Shown here piece after piece: positions 1 through 9,129 of a DNA stretch of 64,000 bases; positions within the stretch are counted from its first letter, which is position 1, and every line of letters starts with the position of its first letter. The stretch lies in the NCBI GenBank assembly GCA_963666205.1, contig OY762654.1, positions 1,280,001 to 1,344,000 of the forward strand, read 5' to 3'. Both the position numbers and the translations under genes were made by a program. Origin of the DNA: Synergistales bacterium (GTDB lineage Bacteria; Synergistota; Synergistia; Synergistales; JAFGMB01). Below the pieces are notes generated by a model. It was not told the DNA's origin, did not search any database, and saw only the letters and a program-made list of their open reading frames with translations.

Positions 1-166
1 CCAGAGAGGGGGAGGCCTCTCCATAACCCAGGATACCCTCATCAGTTTCAACTCTTACCAGAAGATGAGGTCTGGTATTTGCTGCATAAAGTGATATCTG
101 CCATGTTTTCCTGAAAGGCATTTCAACAACAACTGTCTTTATTTCTTTAATTCTACCCTGTTCCAA
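1..166 (-). CDS. N-terminal part of a mandelate racemase/muconate lactonizing enzyme (enolase superfamily) protein, cut by the window edge
   Basis: Not in the ORF track. Manual translation from TTG at 166 (SD GGAGGGGG) gives MEQGRIKEIKTVVVEMPFRKTWQISLYAANTRPHLLVRVETDEGILGYGEASPLS, the typical MR/MLE capping-domain start (V.V.TDEG..G.GE). Confidence 0.85.
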   Translation of the reverse strand, partial: MEQGRIKEIKTVVVEMPFRKTWQISLYAANTRPHLLVRVETDEGILGYGEASPSL

Positions 167-183
167 TATATCGCCCCCTCCTT

Positions 184-219
184 GTTTCTTCACAGGAAAC
201 ACGTTTCTTGTGAGAATAC
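184..219. promoter_or_regulatory. Tandem palindromic boxes, putative IclR operator
   Basis: GTTTC-N7-GAAAC (184-200) and GTTTC-N7-AATAC (203-219) lie between the divergent enolase and IclR genes. Confidence 0.55.
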
Positions 220-326
220 AGTGACAATATATAAATATCATGTTAAATTTATTAAGTCAAGAAAAGAGGACTGAGTTTTATGATTTTTCTGAAAACATCC
301 AGCCTGACTGAAGAAGAGGTATTCCC

Positions 327-1112
327 ATGAACAGCATAGAAAAGATCACATGGATACTTAAAAGACTGGGAGAACCTCCTTATGAAATGGGGCTCTCCAC
401 TCTTTCGAAGGAAATGGGCTATGGAAGAAGCGGCATTTTCAAGATCCTTGCAGTTCTGATCAAAGAAAACTTTGTAAGCCAGGATCCTGAAACAAAAAGA
501 TATTCCCTTGGCCCAGTACTCTTCCGGCTTGGAAACATTTACAAAACAGAAAAGAACCTTCTTGAAATAGCAGAACCTGTCATGAGAAATTTATTAAAGA
601 TCTCAGGTGAATCTGTAGGGTTATGCATTAGAGAGGGAGACAATGCAGTTCTGGCTCATCAGGTTGTGAGCGATCAGCATTTACGTTTTGAAGGGAAAAT
701 TGGCACCAGACTTGCACCTAATAGAGGTGCTCAGGGAAAGCTTATGGCAGCATATGAAACGGAAGAGAGGATTAGAGAGATCCTTTCCACAGCTACTTTT
801 GAAAAAAGAACTCCCCGAACTCTGACCAGACCTGAGGAGCTTGCGCAGGAATACGAAAAAATAAGGTCACTGGGATACTCCATCAGTGATGAAGAAAGTT
901 ATCCTGGAATCAGGGCAATCGCAGCTCCCATACGGAATCGCCACGGGGAAATATGGGCAAGTATAGCCATAGCAGGACCAACTGTAAGACTATCACTAGA
1001 AACACTTCAGGAACTTATCCCGCAAGTCCTGGATGCCGCTTCAAAAATATCAGAGGGATTCGGATACCATCAGAAAACCACCGAAACTCAGGTAGAAATA
1101 TCCGAACAGTGA
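327..1112 (+). CDS. IclR family transcriptional regulator
   Basis: N-terminal wHTH; C-terminal effector domain (GAQGK, GYSISDEESYPGIRAIAAPI). Confidence 0.95.
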   Translation: MNSIEKITWILKRLGEPPYEMGLSTLSKEMGYGRSGIFKILAVLIKENFVSQDPETKRYSLGPVLFRLGNIYKTEKNLLEIAEPVMRNLLKISGESVGLCIREGDNAVLAHQVVSDQHLRFEGKIGTRLAPNRGAQGKLMAAYETEERIREILSTATFEKRTPRTLTRPEELAQEYEKIRSLGYSISDEESYPGIRAIAAPIRNRHGEIWASIAIAGPTVRLSLETLQELIPQVLDAASKISEGFGYHQKTTETQVEISEQ

Positions 1113-1157
1113 TTTAAAATATCAGTCAGCCTTTGCACAAAAACTGACCCGGCTCTT

Positions 1158-1577
1158 TCACGAAACCCATTCAAGTTCGCCTGAAAGAACACCCTCTCTG
1201 CACTCCGGACAGGGAATTTTCTCATCCTCTTCAGGAGGCTCAAGCAGAAGATCCTCGCAGCCGCACCGGGCACATTTCATTGGATTCTGTTCCAGGTATC
1301 CATCTATATCTTCGTCGGCATGAAGCCAGAGGTCAAAAGCACTCTCCCTTGGAATTTCATATTCTACAAGAACCACCTTTGAGACCTTTCCGCATCGGGG
1401 ACAGAACATGTTTGCATATAAACCGTCTATTCCATGTTCTGAAGCCTCTTCCGAGACAGGGCAGGGATGACCGTAATCCTGCATATCTCCCTGGGTATTC
1501 CTGAAGAACTCCCAGGGTCCGTCCGTCTTAGCATCAAAAGAACAGTTTTTACATTGAATTACAAAACATGCACCCAT
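1158..1577 (-). CDS. Cys-rich hypothetical protein, probable double zinc ribbon
   Basis: Four CxxC motifs (CKNC, CPRC, CARC, CPEC); SD GGAGG upstream. Confidence 0.75.
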   Translation of the reverse strand: MGACFVIQCKNCSFDAKTDGPWEFFRNTQGDMQDYGHPCPVSEEASEHGIDGLYANMFCPRCGKVSKVVLVEYEIPRESAFDLWLHADEDIDGYLEQNPMKCARCGCEDLLLEPPEEDEKIPCPECREGVLSGELEWVS

Positions 1578-1653
1578 AAATATACCTCCTCTGCACCCTG
1601 AAACATCGTTCTGAATTCCCTACCTGAGAAAATACCGCACCATACCTGCGGAA

Positions 1654-2724
1654 CTACATTTTTCCCCTTTTTTCTCCCATGTTCCAGATCCTCTCGGCAT
1701 GGTGACCTATTACCCAGAAGCTGACAGCAAGGGCTGCAAAGAAAACTGCCTTGTGCAGGCTACCCCAGAAGAACTCGAAAAAGCGGGTGTAAAGGTTGAT
1801 GAGGATAAAGGTAATCCCAAATCCCCGGGAAATACTGTCGTCATATTTAACTCCATGATAGATACATGCAAGGGCAGCCGCACCGAAGAGCAGGGACCAG
1901 TGGAAAAGCTCCGCATGACCGGCATGCCTCCATATATTCATATCGCCATAATTGCCGAAGATAGACATTATCCACAGGGCCATAAAAAGGAACAGGTATC
2001 CCATTACCCTTGTAGGAACAGCAAGGCAAGCCAGCCTGCCGTAAAGCCCTCTGTCCTCTTCTCCACCCATCTTTTCCATGATAAAACCTGCAAGGGTGAG
2101 AGCCAGTCCAAAGATCACGACGCGAAGGGGGAAATTCATTCCGAAATAATAAGCTCCCCAGCCGGAGATATAAGCGGTTTGGGCTCCAAACCATGCTCCA
2201 AGTGACATGAGAGAAAAAACCCATACCTGTCTGGAAGATGCTGCCCAACCGATAATGGCATAGATGAACGATGCCATCAGGAACAGAAGGGAAATGCGGT
2301 CACTGCCCTTACCGATGGCAATACCCAGAAAACCCACAGAAGCCGCTATGGAAAGAACACCCAGGAAAACTATTGCTTCGTTGCTGAATCGCTTATGGGG
2401 TTTGTTTCTTATTCTGCGAAACCCGAAGAAGAGAAAAAGAGAGGCAAGAAGAGCAAAGAACAGTGATTTGACAAGAGCAGGTGCCAACAATAGCTGAACC
2501 AGAAAATCCATCAGCAGTTTATCGGTTATAACAGCAGAAACAGAGATCACAATACTGATAACGGCAAGAAGAAATGCATAACCTGCCAGTTTTTTCCAGT
2601 CAAAGGGAATTACTGTGATAGATCCCGATAATCTCTCTGCTTCCTCAGAACTGATGATCCCATCCTTATTCCATTCAGATATGGCACTGCGAACTATTCT
2701 GGATTTTTTCCTGGTCAGTTTCAT
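1654..2724 (-). CDS. DUF2157-like integral membrane protein
   Basis: N-terminal W..dGiIs.EEA..L motif followed by ~9-10 hydrophobic segments. Confidence 0.75.
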   Translation of the reverse strand: MKLTRKKSRIVRSAISEWNKDGIISSEEAERLSGSITVIPFDWKKLAGYAFLLAVISIVISVSAVITDKLLMDFLVQLLLAPALVKSLFFALLASLFLFFGFRRIRNKPHKRFSNEAIVFLGVLSIAASVGFLGIAIGKGSDRISLLFLMASFIYAIIGWAASSRQVWVFSLMSLGAWFGAQTAYISGWGAYYFGMNFPLRVVIFGLALTLAGFIMEKMGGEEDRGLYGRLACLAVPTRVMGYLFLFMALWIMSIFGNYGDMNIWRHAGHAELFHWSLLFGAAALACIYHGVKYDDSISRGFGITFILINLYTRFFEFFWGSLHKAVFFAALAVSFWVIGHHAERIWNMGEKRGKM

Positions 2725-2825
2725 TCTCGATTCCCTCCCCTATGACTTACTATTCAAGAGTATAGGGTATGTGTCTGAGCATGGCAAAGGTTTTGCCGGC
2801 GGATATTATCATTCATATCAGAAGG

Positions 2826-3086
2826 TTATCCTCCAGCCCTCATGAAGGCCATCTGAAAGGCTGAAATAAACCCCTCAGACCTGTTTTCATCAACAGAAAA
2901 GGTTATACAGGTACGGGGGAATTTCATAACTCCAATGGTAACAATGTCCTGTTCAGAGAGTTCCACTTCCCAGAAATAACCGGAGAAATGGTTCTCTCCA
3001 TCTCCTGTTTCTGCTATAGCACGAAAATATTCAACAAAATATTTTCGGTCTGTACCTCTCATTTCAAGGGTTTTTTTCGTTCTCAC
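2826..3086 (-). CDS. Small protein resembling the MoaD-related C-terminal domain (DUF1952-like), ending in RAGG
   Basis: Probable GTG start at 3086 (GGAG upstream). LEMRG..W.V.L..F.....RAGG pattern with C-terminal Gly-Gly. Confidence 0.6.
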   Translation of the reverse strand: MRTKKTLEMRGTDRKYFVEYFRAIAETGDGENHFSGYFWEVELSEQDIVTIGVMKFPRTCITFSVDENRSEGFISAFQMAFMRAGG

Positions 3087-3200
3087 TCTGCACCACTCCG
3101 CTCGAAAGATAATTCCTCTCGAATTACAGTATAATGCCGGTGATCTGTTATGCAATAACAAGAGGGAGGGATCTCTCCCTCCCTATCATTCATAAAGTTG

Positions 3201-4082
3201 TTATTCTTTAGGTTTAAGAGGTATCCGGATCTCGGTTTCCATTTCTTCCGGAGTTACTTTGTCCGGATCTTTAAGATAAACCTCTATGGACGGTCCGCTT
3301 TCCACTTCCCTGCCGCTCTGGGGTAGCCATTCTCCGTAGAACCACCTATAACAGTCGATGAGCTTGTCAAATCCGCCCTTGTGGACCATTACCGCATACT
3401 CGCCACTATCTATCTTCTGCTTTTGGATCCCATTGCCCGACACAAAAGAACTATCCACCGTTACACAGGCATCATATCGGATCTTACCTTCATCGGTAAC
3501 ATCGGGATCATCGTAACCGATCCCTATAGCAAGGCTTTCCGACCCACTCTTTTCCCTGACCTGCTGGTCGGAACAGAGTTTCTCCCATGCTCCACCTACA
3601 TTTTTATATGAGCCAATATGTCGGACGAAGGCCACTGTCATTTCTTCGAAGTGCTTTATGGAAACATCCATCATATCCCCTCCCTGTCTCTGGATCGTAA
3701 GTACATATTTCCTATGCCCTGGAGTATTAAGAGTACCTTTCCTGAAGGTTTCCCGAAAACACTGTGGAGGCATACCGAAAAGCTCCCGGAAGATGCGTGC
3801 AAAGGAAGCATGATTCTCGTATCCCGCATCGAAAGCTATATCCTGTATGGACCTTTCTGAATGCCGAAGCTGAAGCGCTGCCCGCTCAACTCGCAGGCGC
3901 CTGACATATTCCTTTACAGACTCCCCCACCATTCCACGGAATATGCGGTGGAAATGAAAGGGGGAAAAACAGGCAACTTCAGCCAGATCTTCCAGTGAAA
4001 TATCCTCATCAAGATGTTCCTGGATATAGATCTGAACATGTAATATTCTCTCTTCATAGTATTCCCGGGTTCCCATGCGCAT
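3201..4082 (-). CDS. AraC family regulator with C-terminal GyrI-like effector-binding domain
   Basis: LEDLAEVACFSPFHFHRIF double HTH; GyrI domain (YDDP..T....RYDAC, H.G.....Y..FYGEWLPQSG). Start moved to ATG 4082 (SD GGAGG). Confidence 0.93.
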   Translation of the reverse strand: MRMGTREYYEERILHVQIYIQEHLDEDISLEDLAEVACFSPFHFHRIFRGMVGESVKEYVRRLRVERAALQLRHSERSIQDIAFDAGYENHASFARIFRELFGMPPQCFRETFRKGTLNTPGHRKYVLTIQRQGGDMMDVSIKHFEEMTVAFVRHIGSYKNVGGAWEKLCSDQQVREKSGSESLAIGIGYDDPDVTDEGKIRYDACVTVDSSFVSGNGIQKQKIDSGEYAVMVHKGGFDKLIDCYRWFYGEWLPQSGREVESGPSIEVYLKDPDKVTPEEMETEIRIPLKPKE

Positions 4083-4127
4083 GGCCTCAACCTCCATTTA
4101 GCATGATACCGGAAAGAGGAAAAACCT

Positions 4128-4161
4128 GCTTTACCGTTTTTGCTGAAAATAAGATAAAAAA
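4128..4161. repeat. Direct repeat copy 1 (22 bp identical core GCTTTACCGTTTTTGCTGAAAA)
   Basis: Matches 7149-7182 at 32/34 positions; overlaps the -35 region of the araC promoter (TATCAT -10 downstream on the minus strand). Confidence 0.85.
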
Positions 4162-4227
4162 ATCGCTGAAACGTATCATTTATAACTACCTCCTTCTTTA
4201 TCTCTATCGTAAGCAGCTTCATGACGG

Positions 4228-4416
4228 TTACATGGTTCCCATGCTCTGACTGTAGATAAGGTTGTCTTCAGGAATGGGATATATGGAGGGTGATCTTTTC
4301 TCTTGGGAAGATAATCTTTTCAACTCTTCCATCTGATGGGAATAACATACCGGACCTATTCCTCTTGCAACGGATACGGGGTTACTCAACTCACGACCAC
4401 AGATCATGCACTTCAT
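4228..4416 (-). CDS. DUF6011-like small zinc-finger protein
   Basis: C..CGR.L..P.S..RGIGPVC signature; strong SD AAGGAGG. Confidence 0.8.
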   Translation of the reverse strand: MKCMICGRELSNPVSVARGIGPVCYSHQMEELKRLSSQEKRSPSIYPIPEDNLIYSQSMGTM

Positions 4417-4580
4417 GAATGATTCCTCCTTAAAAATATATTAAGAGAGACGGGACATGTAAGCCTCGCCTTTCACAGGAGGTATATAGAAAATAATTAT
4501 GCAGTGGCTAAAGTTCCTGGATCTCGTGAAATGAAGGCTTAATTTCCCACTTTAAGATTGAGCTGAGCATCTTGCCACTA

Positions 4581-4610
4581 AAAAGGGCTCCCCTTCCGGG
4601 AAGCCCTTTT
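4581..4610. terminator. Intrinsic terminator downstream of the surface-protein gene
   Basis: AAAAGGGCT...AGCCCTTTT hairpin with A/T tails. Confidence 0.75.
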
Positions 4611-4643
4611 ATATAACCAGCAGATTCAGTAAATTGTTGCCTT

Positions 4644-6854
4644 CTATTTCTTAAGTAGTAATGCCAACGGTGTAATCAGCAACAGTGAGAAGGGCACCAG
4701 GGACATGGAGTTACATCCGCCGCCACTGCCTGATGTGGAAGTAGTTATATCATCATCGTCGTCATCATTGTCTCCGACTGGACTGGATCCGTACTCATAA
4801 GCTCCCATGTCGACCGCTCTCCCGTACACCCTGGCGTTTCCGTCCAGGTCAATTTCGGGAAGGGACGGCGCAAGGGAGTTTCCGTCATCTATTACAGGAG
4901 AGCCTGCCTGGAGATGGGAGTCAGCAGTGGAGACGAACATGGGATCAACATCCACATTTGAGTCTTCGTAGAGGTAGCTTTCTCCCCCTGAAAAGTCTGT
5001 GGACAGGACTGAGAAATCGTTGTCATAGACATAGAAGTAGTTCAGGTAGGAGTTGTCGTAGAGATAAATGTCATTGCCGTCGGATGCACTGTTGTTCCAG
5101 ATAATATTGTTGTAAAGGGAGTAAACGGTATTATCGTCACCGCAGTAAATATACATACCTCCTCCGTAATATCCTTCCTCAGAGACGGTATTTCCAGTGA
5201 CGGTGTTGTTCACTATATCAGCATATCTTACATATTCCGGGTAGAAATATGCTCCGCCACCTTCGTAGATAGAGGTGTTCCCTGCCACAAGGTTGTTTCT
5301 GAAGATGAAATCTCCGTAGTAAGGATAGATATAGACACCGCCACCGTTGTACCCACAGGAGTTGTTGGTGAAAGAGCAGTTTTCCACCGTCATATCGCCG
5401 TATTCACATTCAAGATATGCTCCGCCACCGTAATAGTCACTTGAAACAACATTCTGGTCAAAGGTGTTGTTACCTACGTAAAGATTGCCCTCATATACGT
5501 ATGTATACAGACCTCCTCCGTCTCCATATGAATCGTTACTGGAGAATTCATTTCCTGACACAAGACAGTGAGCACCACCATAGCTCAGATAAAGATATGC
5601 TCCACCACCATATCCATCAGTGGACCTGTTGTTCTGGAAAAGGGAATTGGTCAGGGTTATTGTTTCAGCAGCTCTATATCCGCCATCGGTGTAACACAAT
5701 CCTCCACCATCAGAATAAGATTCGTTTTCACGGAAGGAGCAGTTGTCTACAGTAAATGAGCTTCCGTCATCATATACATACAGATATGCCCCACCACCGT
5801 AAGAATCAGCTATATTCTGGTAGAAATCGTTGGATACCATGGTAAGCAGGTCTCCGTACTCCATTTCTAAGAAGGCGCCTCCTCCATCTGAACCACATGT
5901 ATTGCCACTGAAGGAATTATTGAAAAGGTATGCGTTGGTATTGTAATCACCGTCCAGGTAAAAGGCACCGCCGTCTGAATCGGAATGGTTGTTTTCGAAG
6001 GTGTTGTTCAGGCAGTTAACTGTATTTCCACAGTAAGGATTCAAGTAAAGAGCACCGCCATCACTTACAGCCGTGTTGCCATTAAAAAAGTTGTCGTCCA
6101 GTGTGATTGTCCCGGAGTAGTCCTGGTAGATATATAATGCTCCACCATAATATGAGGCGACATCGTTACTGGTGAAGGTGTTACCTATGACATCAATATC
6201 TCCCACGTAAGCTTCTACATAGGCTGCGCCTCCATATTGATCTGCAGAGTTTAATGTGAAAGTGTTACCCTGAAGTGTAATGTCGCCGGTTTCCGAGATA
6301 TATGCGTAAACGCCTCCGCCATAGTAATATGCATAATTTCCGTTGAAATCACAGTTAGTCAGGTCTATATTTCCGCTAGAGCTTATGTAAGCATAAAGCC
6401 CTCCTCCGTAATTATCGCCTACGTAATTATCCCTGAAGGAACATTCCACCACATTGATGTTGCCTGCATCAATATTTATGTATGCTCCTGCGCCATCATC
6501 GCTTAGATTTCCGTTCTGAACGGTGAGGTTCTGTAGTGTGATATCCGTCATATAATCAGAATTGATCTCTAATACTCGATCTGATCCACCACCATCAAGG
6601 ATAACCTCTCCAGTTCCCGTAATAGTGAGACTGCCTTCATCTGGCGAACCTGCCGAGTAAGTAAAGGTGACTCCTCCAGTAAGGTATGTACCTTCCGAAA
6701 GAGTTATAGTATCGTCCTCTCCATTTGATTCTGCAGTGGTAAGGGCCGTCCTAAGTCCGTCTGCATCCGTTACAGGAAACTCTGCCGCGTAGCTGCAAGT
6801 GCAAAAGGCCAAGACAAGCATGAGAATGCTCAACGTTAAGAATTTCTTCCTCAT
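4644..6854 (-). CDS. Secreted right-handed beta-helix repeat surface protein with Synerg-CTERM-like sorting signal
   Basis: Signal peptide; 16 FxxN...GG(G/A)xY repeats; choice-of-anchor-Q-like DLDGNARVYGRAVDMGAYEY; acidic/Ser linker, then SGGGCN-hydrophobic-KK. Confidence 0.9.
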   Translation of the reverse strand: MRKKFLTLSILMLVLAFCTCSYAAEFPVTDADGLRTALTTAESNGEDDTITLSEGTYLTGGVTFTYSAGSPDEGSLTITGTGEVILDGGGSDRVLEINSDYMTDITLQNLTVQNGNLSDDGAGAYINIDAGNINVVECSFRDNYVGDNYGGGLYAYISSSGNIDLTNCDFNGNYAYYYGGGVYAYISETGDITLQGNTFTLNSADQYGGAAYVEAYVGDIDVIGNTFTSNDVASYYGGALYIYQDYSGTITLDDNFFNGNTAVSDGGALYLNPYCGNTVNCLNNTFENNHSDSDGGAFYLDGDYNTNAYLFNNSFSGNTCGSDGGGAFLEMEYGDLLTMVSNDFYQNIADSYGGGAYLYVYDDGSSFTVDNCSFRENESYSDGGGLCYTDGGYRAAETITLTNSLFQNNRSTDGYGGGAYLYLSYGGAHCLVSGNEFSSNDSYGDGGGLYTYVYEGNLYVGNNTFDQNVVSSDYYGGGAYLECEYGDMTVENCSFTNNSCGYNGGGVYIYPYYGDFIFRNNLVAGNTSIYEGGGAYFYPEYVRYADIVNNTVTGNTVSEEGYYGGGMYIYCGDDNTVYSLYNNIIWNNSASDGNDIYLYDNSYLNYFYVYDNDFSVLSTDFSGGESYLYEDSNVDVDPMFVSTADSHLQAGSPVIDDGNSLAPSLPEIDLDGNARVYGRAVDMGAYEYGSSPVGDNDDDDDDITTSTSGSGGGCNSMSLVPFSLLLITPLALLLKK

Positions 6855-7148
6855 AATATATATTCCTCCCTTAAATGATTTGGAACTTTGCTTTGTATGG
6901 TCTTAAATTAAACTATAATTAAAATATAAAATATTCTTGAAACAAACCGTTTGTAAAAAAAACGTAAGGCAAAACAATTAGTTCTGGAATATACAGACTA
7001 CCCTTGAATACTTTACTGAAGATTAGGATTTATTATCAATATTTAAATTGCAATGTCAAGTTAATTCACGAACTGAAACATACACTCCACCCGTAAAATT
7101 ACTGACGGGTAATTCGGGATATTTCCCATCTCTTATGTCCAACAACTC

Positions 7149-7182
7149 GCTTTACCGTTTTTGCTGAAAAGGAGATAAAAAA
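7149..7182. repeat. Direct repeat copy 2
   Basis: Same 22-bp core as 4128-4149; abuts the terminator of the ocd-like gene. Confidence 0.85.
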
Positions 7183-7204
7183 GGAGGCCCGAAGGCCTCC
7201 TTTT
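7177..7204. terminator. Intrinsic terminator
   Basis: AAAAAAGGAGGCC-CGAA-GGCCTCCTTTT. Confidence 0.85.
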
Positions 7205-7226
7205 AATAAATATCCTACTTTTTAAC

Positions 7227-8222
7227 TCAGGCAGTAAAATCGAAGGAACCGCCAAGTCCCTGTTCTTCTGCCTTCTGCAATGCCACAGCTGATACTGCTA
7301 TATCCACAGCTCCGGTACCAATGGGAATACAGAGGATCCGTTCCTGGTCTGAAAGCTGGATAGTCTTCTTTCCTGCTGCCAGTTCTCCAAGGGTGGCATA
7401 AATATCCTTTTCGGTGACTCTGCCATGCTCTCCCAGTTCTTTAAGAGCGCCCCGGTGAAGGCACTGGCCGATATGGTCCACAACTATTTTGTCTGCAGAG
7501 AGGAGTGCTTCCTCCTGGCATTCCTGGTAGGAACCCATGGGGAACAGAATAGAACCAGGTCTGAACCATTCTTTCTTAAAAAACTTGTCCTTGGCGTGGG
7601 TAACGGTTATGACCACATCGGAATTCGCAGGTTCCTGGGGCTCTTTTGCGATGATTATGTCTCCCAATACGAATTCTTTCATTTCTTCGGCAAATTTCTC
7701 GGCTGCTTCAGGGGAAAGATCATAAACCTTAAGGGCTTCGATATCGAAGAGTTCGGAAATGGCCCGAGTCTGGGTCCGCCCCTGGACTCCCGCACCGTAA
7801 AGCCCTACTGACAGTGACTTTTTCCCAGCACATAGATATTTGAGGGCCACTGCTGTCTGTGCACCCGTCCGCAGATTGGTGATGAGGGTCCCGTCCAGAA
7901 CTCCTGTGAACATGCCGTTCTGGGGATTGACCATCATGATCATGGCACTTACATAGGGAAGGCCTTTCTCCGGGTTCTTCAGCCACCCCCCTGCCCATTT
8001 TATTCCTGCAGCATCGACCCAGCCGACGTAGGCCGGCATGGAGTTTATATCCGCAGAATAGGGAGGATAGGGATTACTTTCACCAAGATCAAGGGTACCC
8101 TTGGTCGGATTGATGACAGTTCCTTCTCCCATTCCCTGATAAGTCTTGTCCAGAATGTCGATAATATCTTTCATGGATAGAACTTTTTCAATATCCGATG
8201 TACTCAAAAGCCTGGTCTGCAT
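7227..8222 (-). CDS. Ornithine cyclodeaminase / mu-crystallin family imine reductase
   Basis: SMPAY, GIKW, ITNLRTGA and GAGVQG motifs; likely start ATG 8222. Confidence 0.9.
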   Translation of the reverse strand: MQTRLLSTSDIEKVLSMKDIIDILDKTYQGMGEGTVINPTKGTLDLGESNPYPPYSADINSMPAYVGWVDAAGIKWAGGWLKNPEKGLPYVSAMIMMVNPQNGMFTGVLDGTLITNLRTGAQTAVALKYLCAGKKSLSVGLYGAGVQGRTQTRAISELFDIEALKVYDLSPEAAEKFAEEMKEFVLGDIIIAKEPQEPANSDVVITVTHAKDKFFKKEWFRPGSILFPMGSYQECQEEALLSADKIVVDHIGQCLHRGALKELGEHGRVTEKDIYATLGELAAGKKTIQLSDQERILCIPIGTGAVDIAVSAVALQKAEEQGLGGSFDFTA

Positions 8223-8291
8223 TAATACCACTTCCTTCATAACTTAAAGTAAAAATAAAGCCTTAATTTTTCCTATCCCTTGTTAAAAACG

Positions 8292-8325
8292 AAAAAATGG
8301 GGATAACAGACGATATCCCCATTTT
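8292..8325. terminator. Hairpin/terminator after the SBP gene
   Basis: AAAATGGGGATA...TATCCCCATTTT. Confidence 0.7.
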
Positions 8326-8361
8326 AATATGTATTGTGAAATTGATCGGTAAATTATTTTT

Positions 8362-9129
8362 CTAGTCTATCTGATATTTTACTTTAAGTTCATGGAGCTC
8401 GCCGCTTTTTTCCATCTCTGCAAGAGCTTCGTTAACAGCATTTAGGAAAGCTTCATCCTCCTTTGGTAACCCAAGGGCTATGCCTTCACCAGGTTTATTG
8501 ATAAAATTCCTGAAACCTATTTTGAGCTTCCCCTTAAAGGCTTCGCTTTCACGAAGAAATGAGTTTGCAACGGTCAGATTCAAAACGGTGAAATCACCAC
8601 GTCCAAGGAGAACTTCCCTGAGGGCATCATCATTTTTCTGAAAACGTTTGACCTCTTTAGCAGTTCCCAGTTTGGTAACAAAGGTATCCTGGGCCGTTCC
8701 TATCTGGACAGTAGCGATCTTGCCATCAAGATCTTCGAGACCTTTGATGCTGTCATCATCAGCTCGGACCACGAAGGCATTTTCGATATCGTAATAAACG
8801 TTTGAGAAATTGACCTTTTTCTTACGCTCAGCAGTATTGGTCATTCCGGCAGCCACCATATCGATCTTTCCGGTCATGAGGGCAGGGATGAGACCATCAA
8901 AAGCCATATCAACGATCTCGACCTTCTTGCCGATCTTCTCTCCGATAAGGGTGGCTATATCGATGTCGTAACCTACGACCTGGTTTTCCTTATTGCGATA
9001 TTCAAAGGGAGGATAGGTAGCTTCCGTCCCAACCCTGATAACATCTTTATCCATAACTGACCCCGCAAAAGCGGCTCCTGCTCCGATGAACACAAGAGAA
9101 ACCACAAGAAACGCAAAAAACTTTTTCAT
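8362..9129 (-). CDS. Polar amino acid ABC transporter substrate-binding protein (family 3)
   Basis: VGTEATYPPFEY, GYDIDI, FDGLIPAL..GKID; signal peptide from ATG 9129 (SD GAGGAGG). Confidence 0.93.
   Translation of the reverse strand: MKKFFAFLVVSLVFIGAGAAFAGSVMDKDVIRVGTEATYPPFEYRNKENQVVGYDIDIATLIGEKIGKKVEIVDMAFDGLIPALMTGKIDMVAAGMTNTAERKKKVNFSNVYYDIENAFVVRADDDSIKGLEDLDGKIATVQIGTAQDTFVTKLGTAKEVKRFQKNDDALREVLLGRGDFTVLNLTVANSFLRESEAFKGKLKIGFRNFINKPGEGIALGLPKEDEAFLNAVNEALAEMEKSGELHELKVKYQID

Noticed and set aside
4800-6500. Periodic repeats as a CRISPR array or DGR target
   Set aside because: They are degenerate protein-level beta-helix repeats within one ORF; no identical DNA repeats, cas genes or reverse transcriptase.
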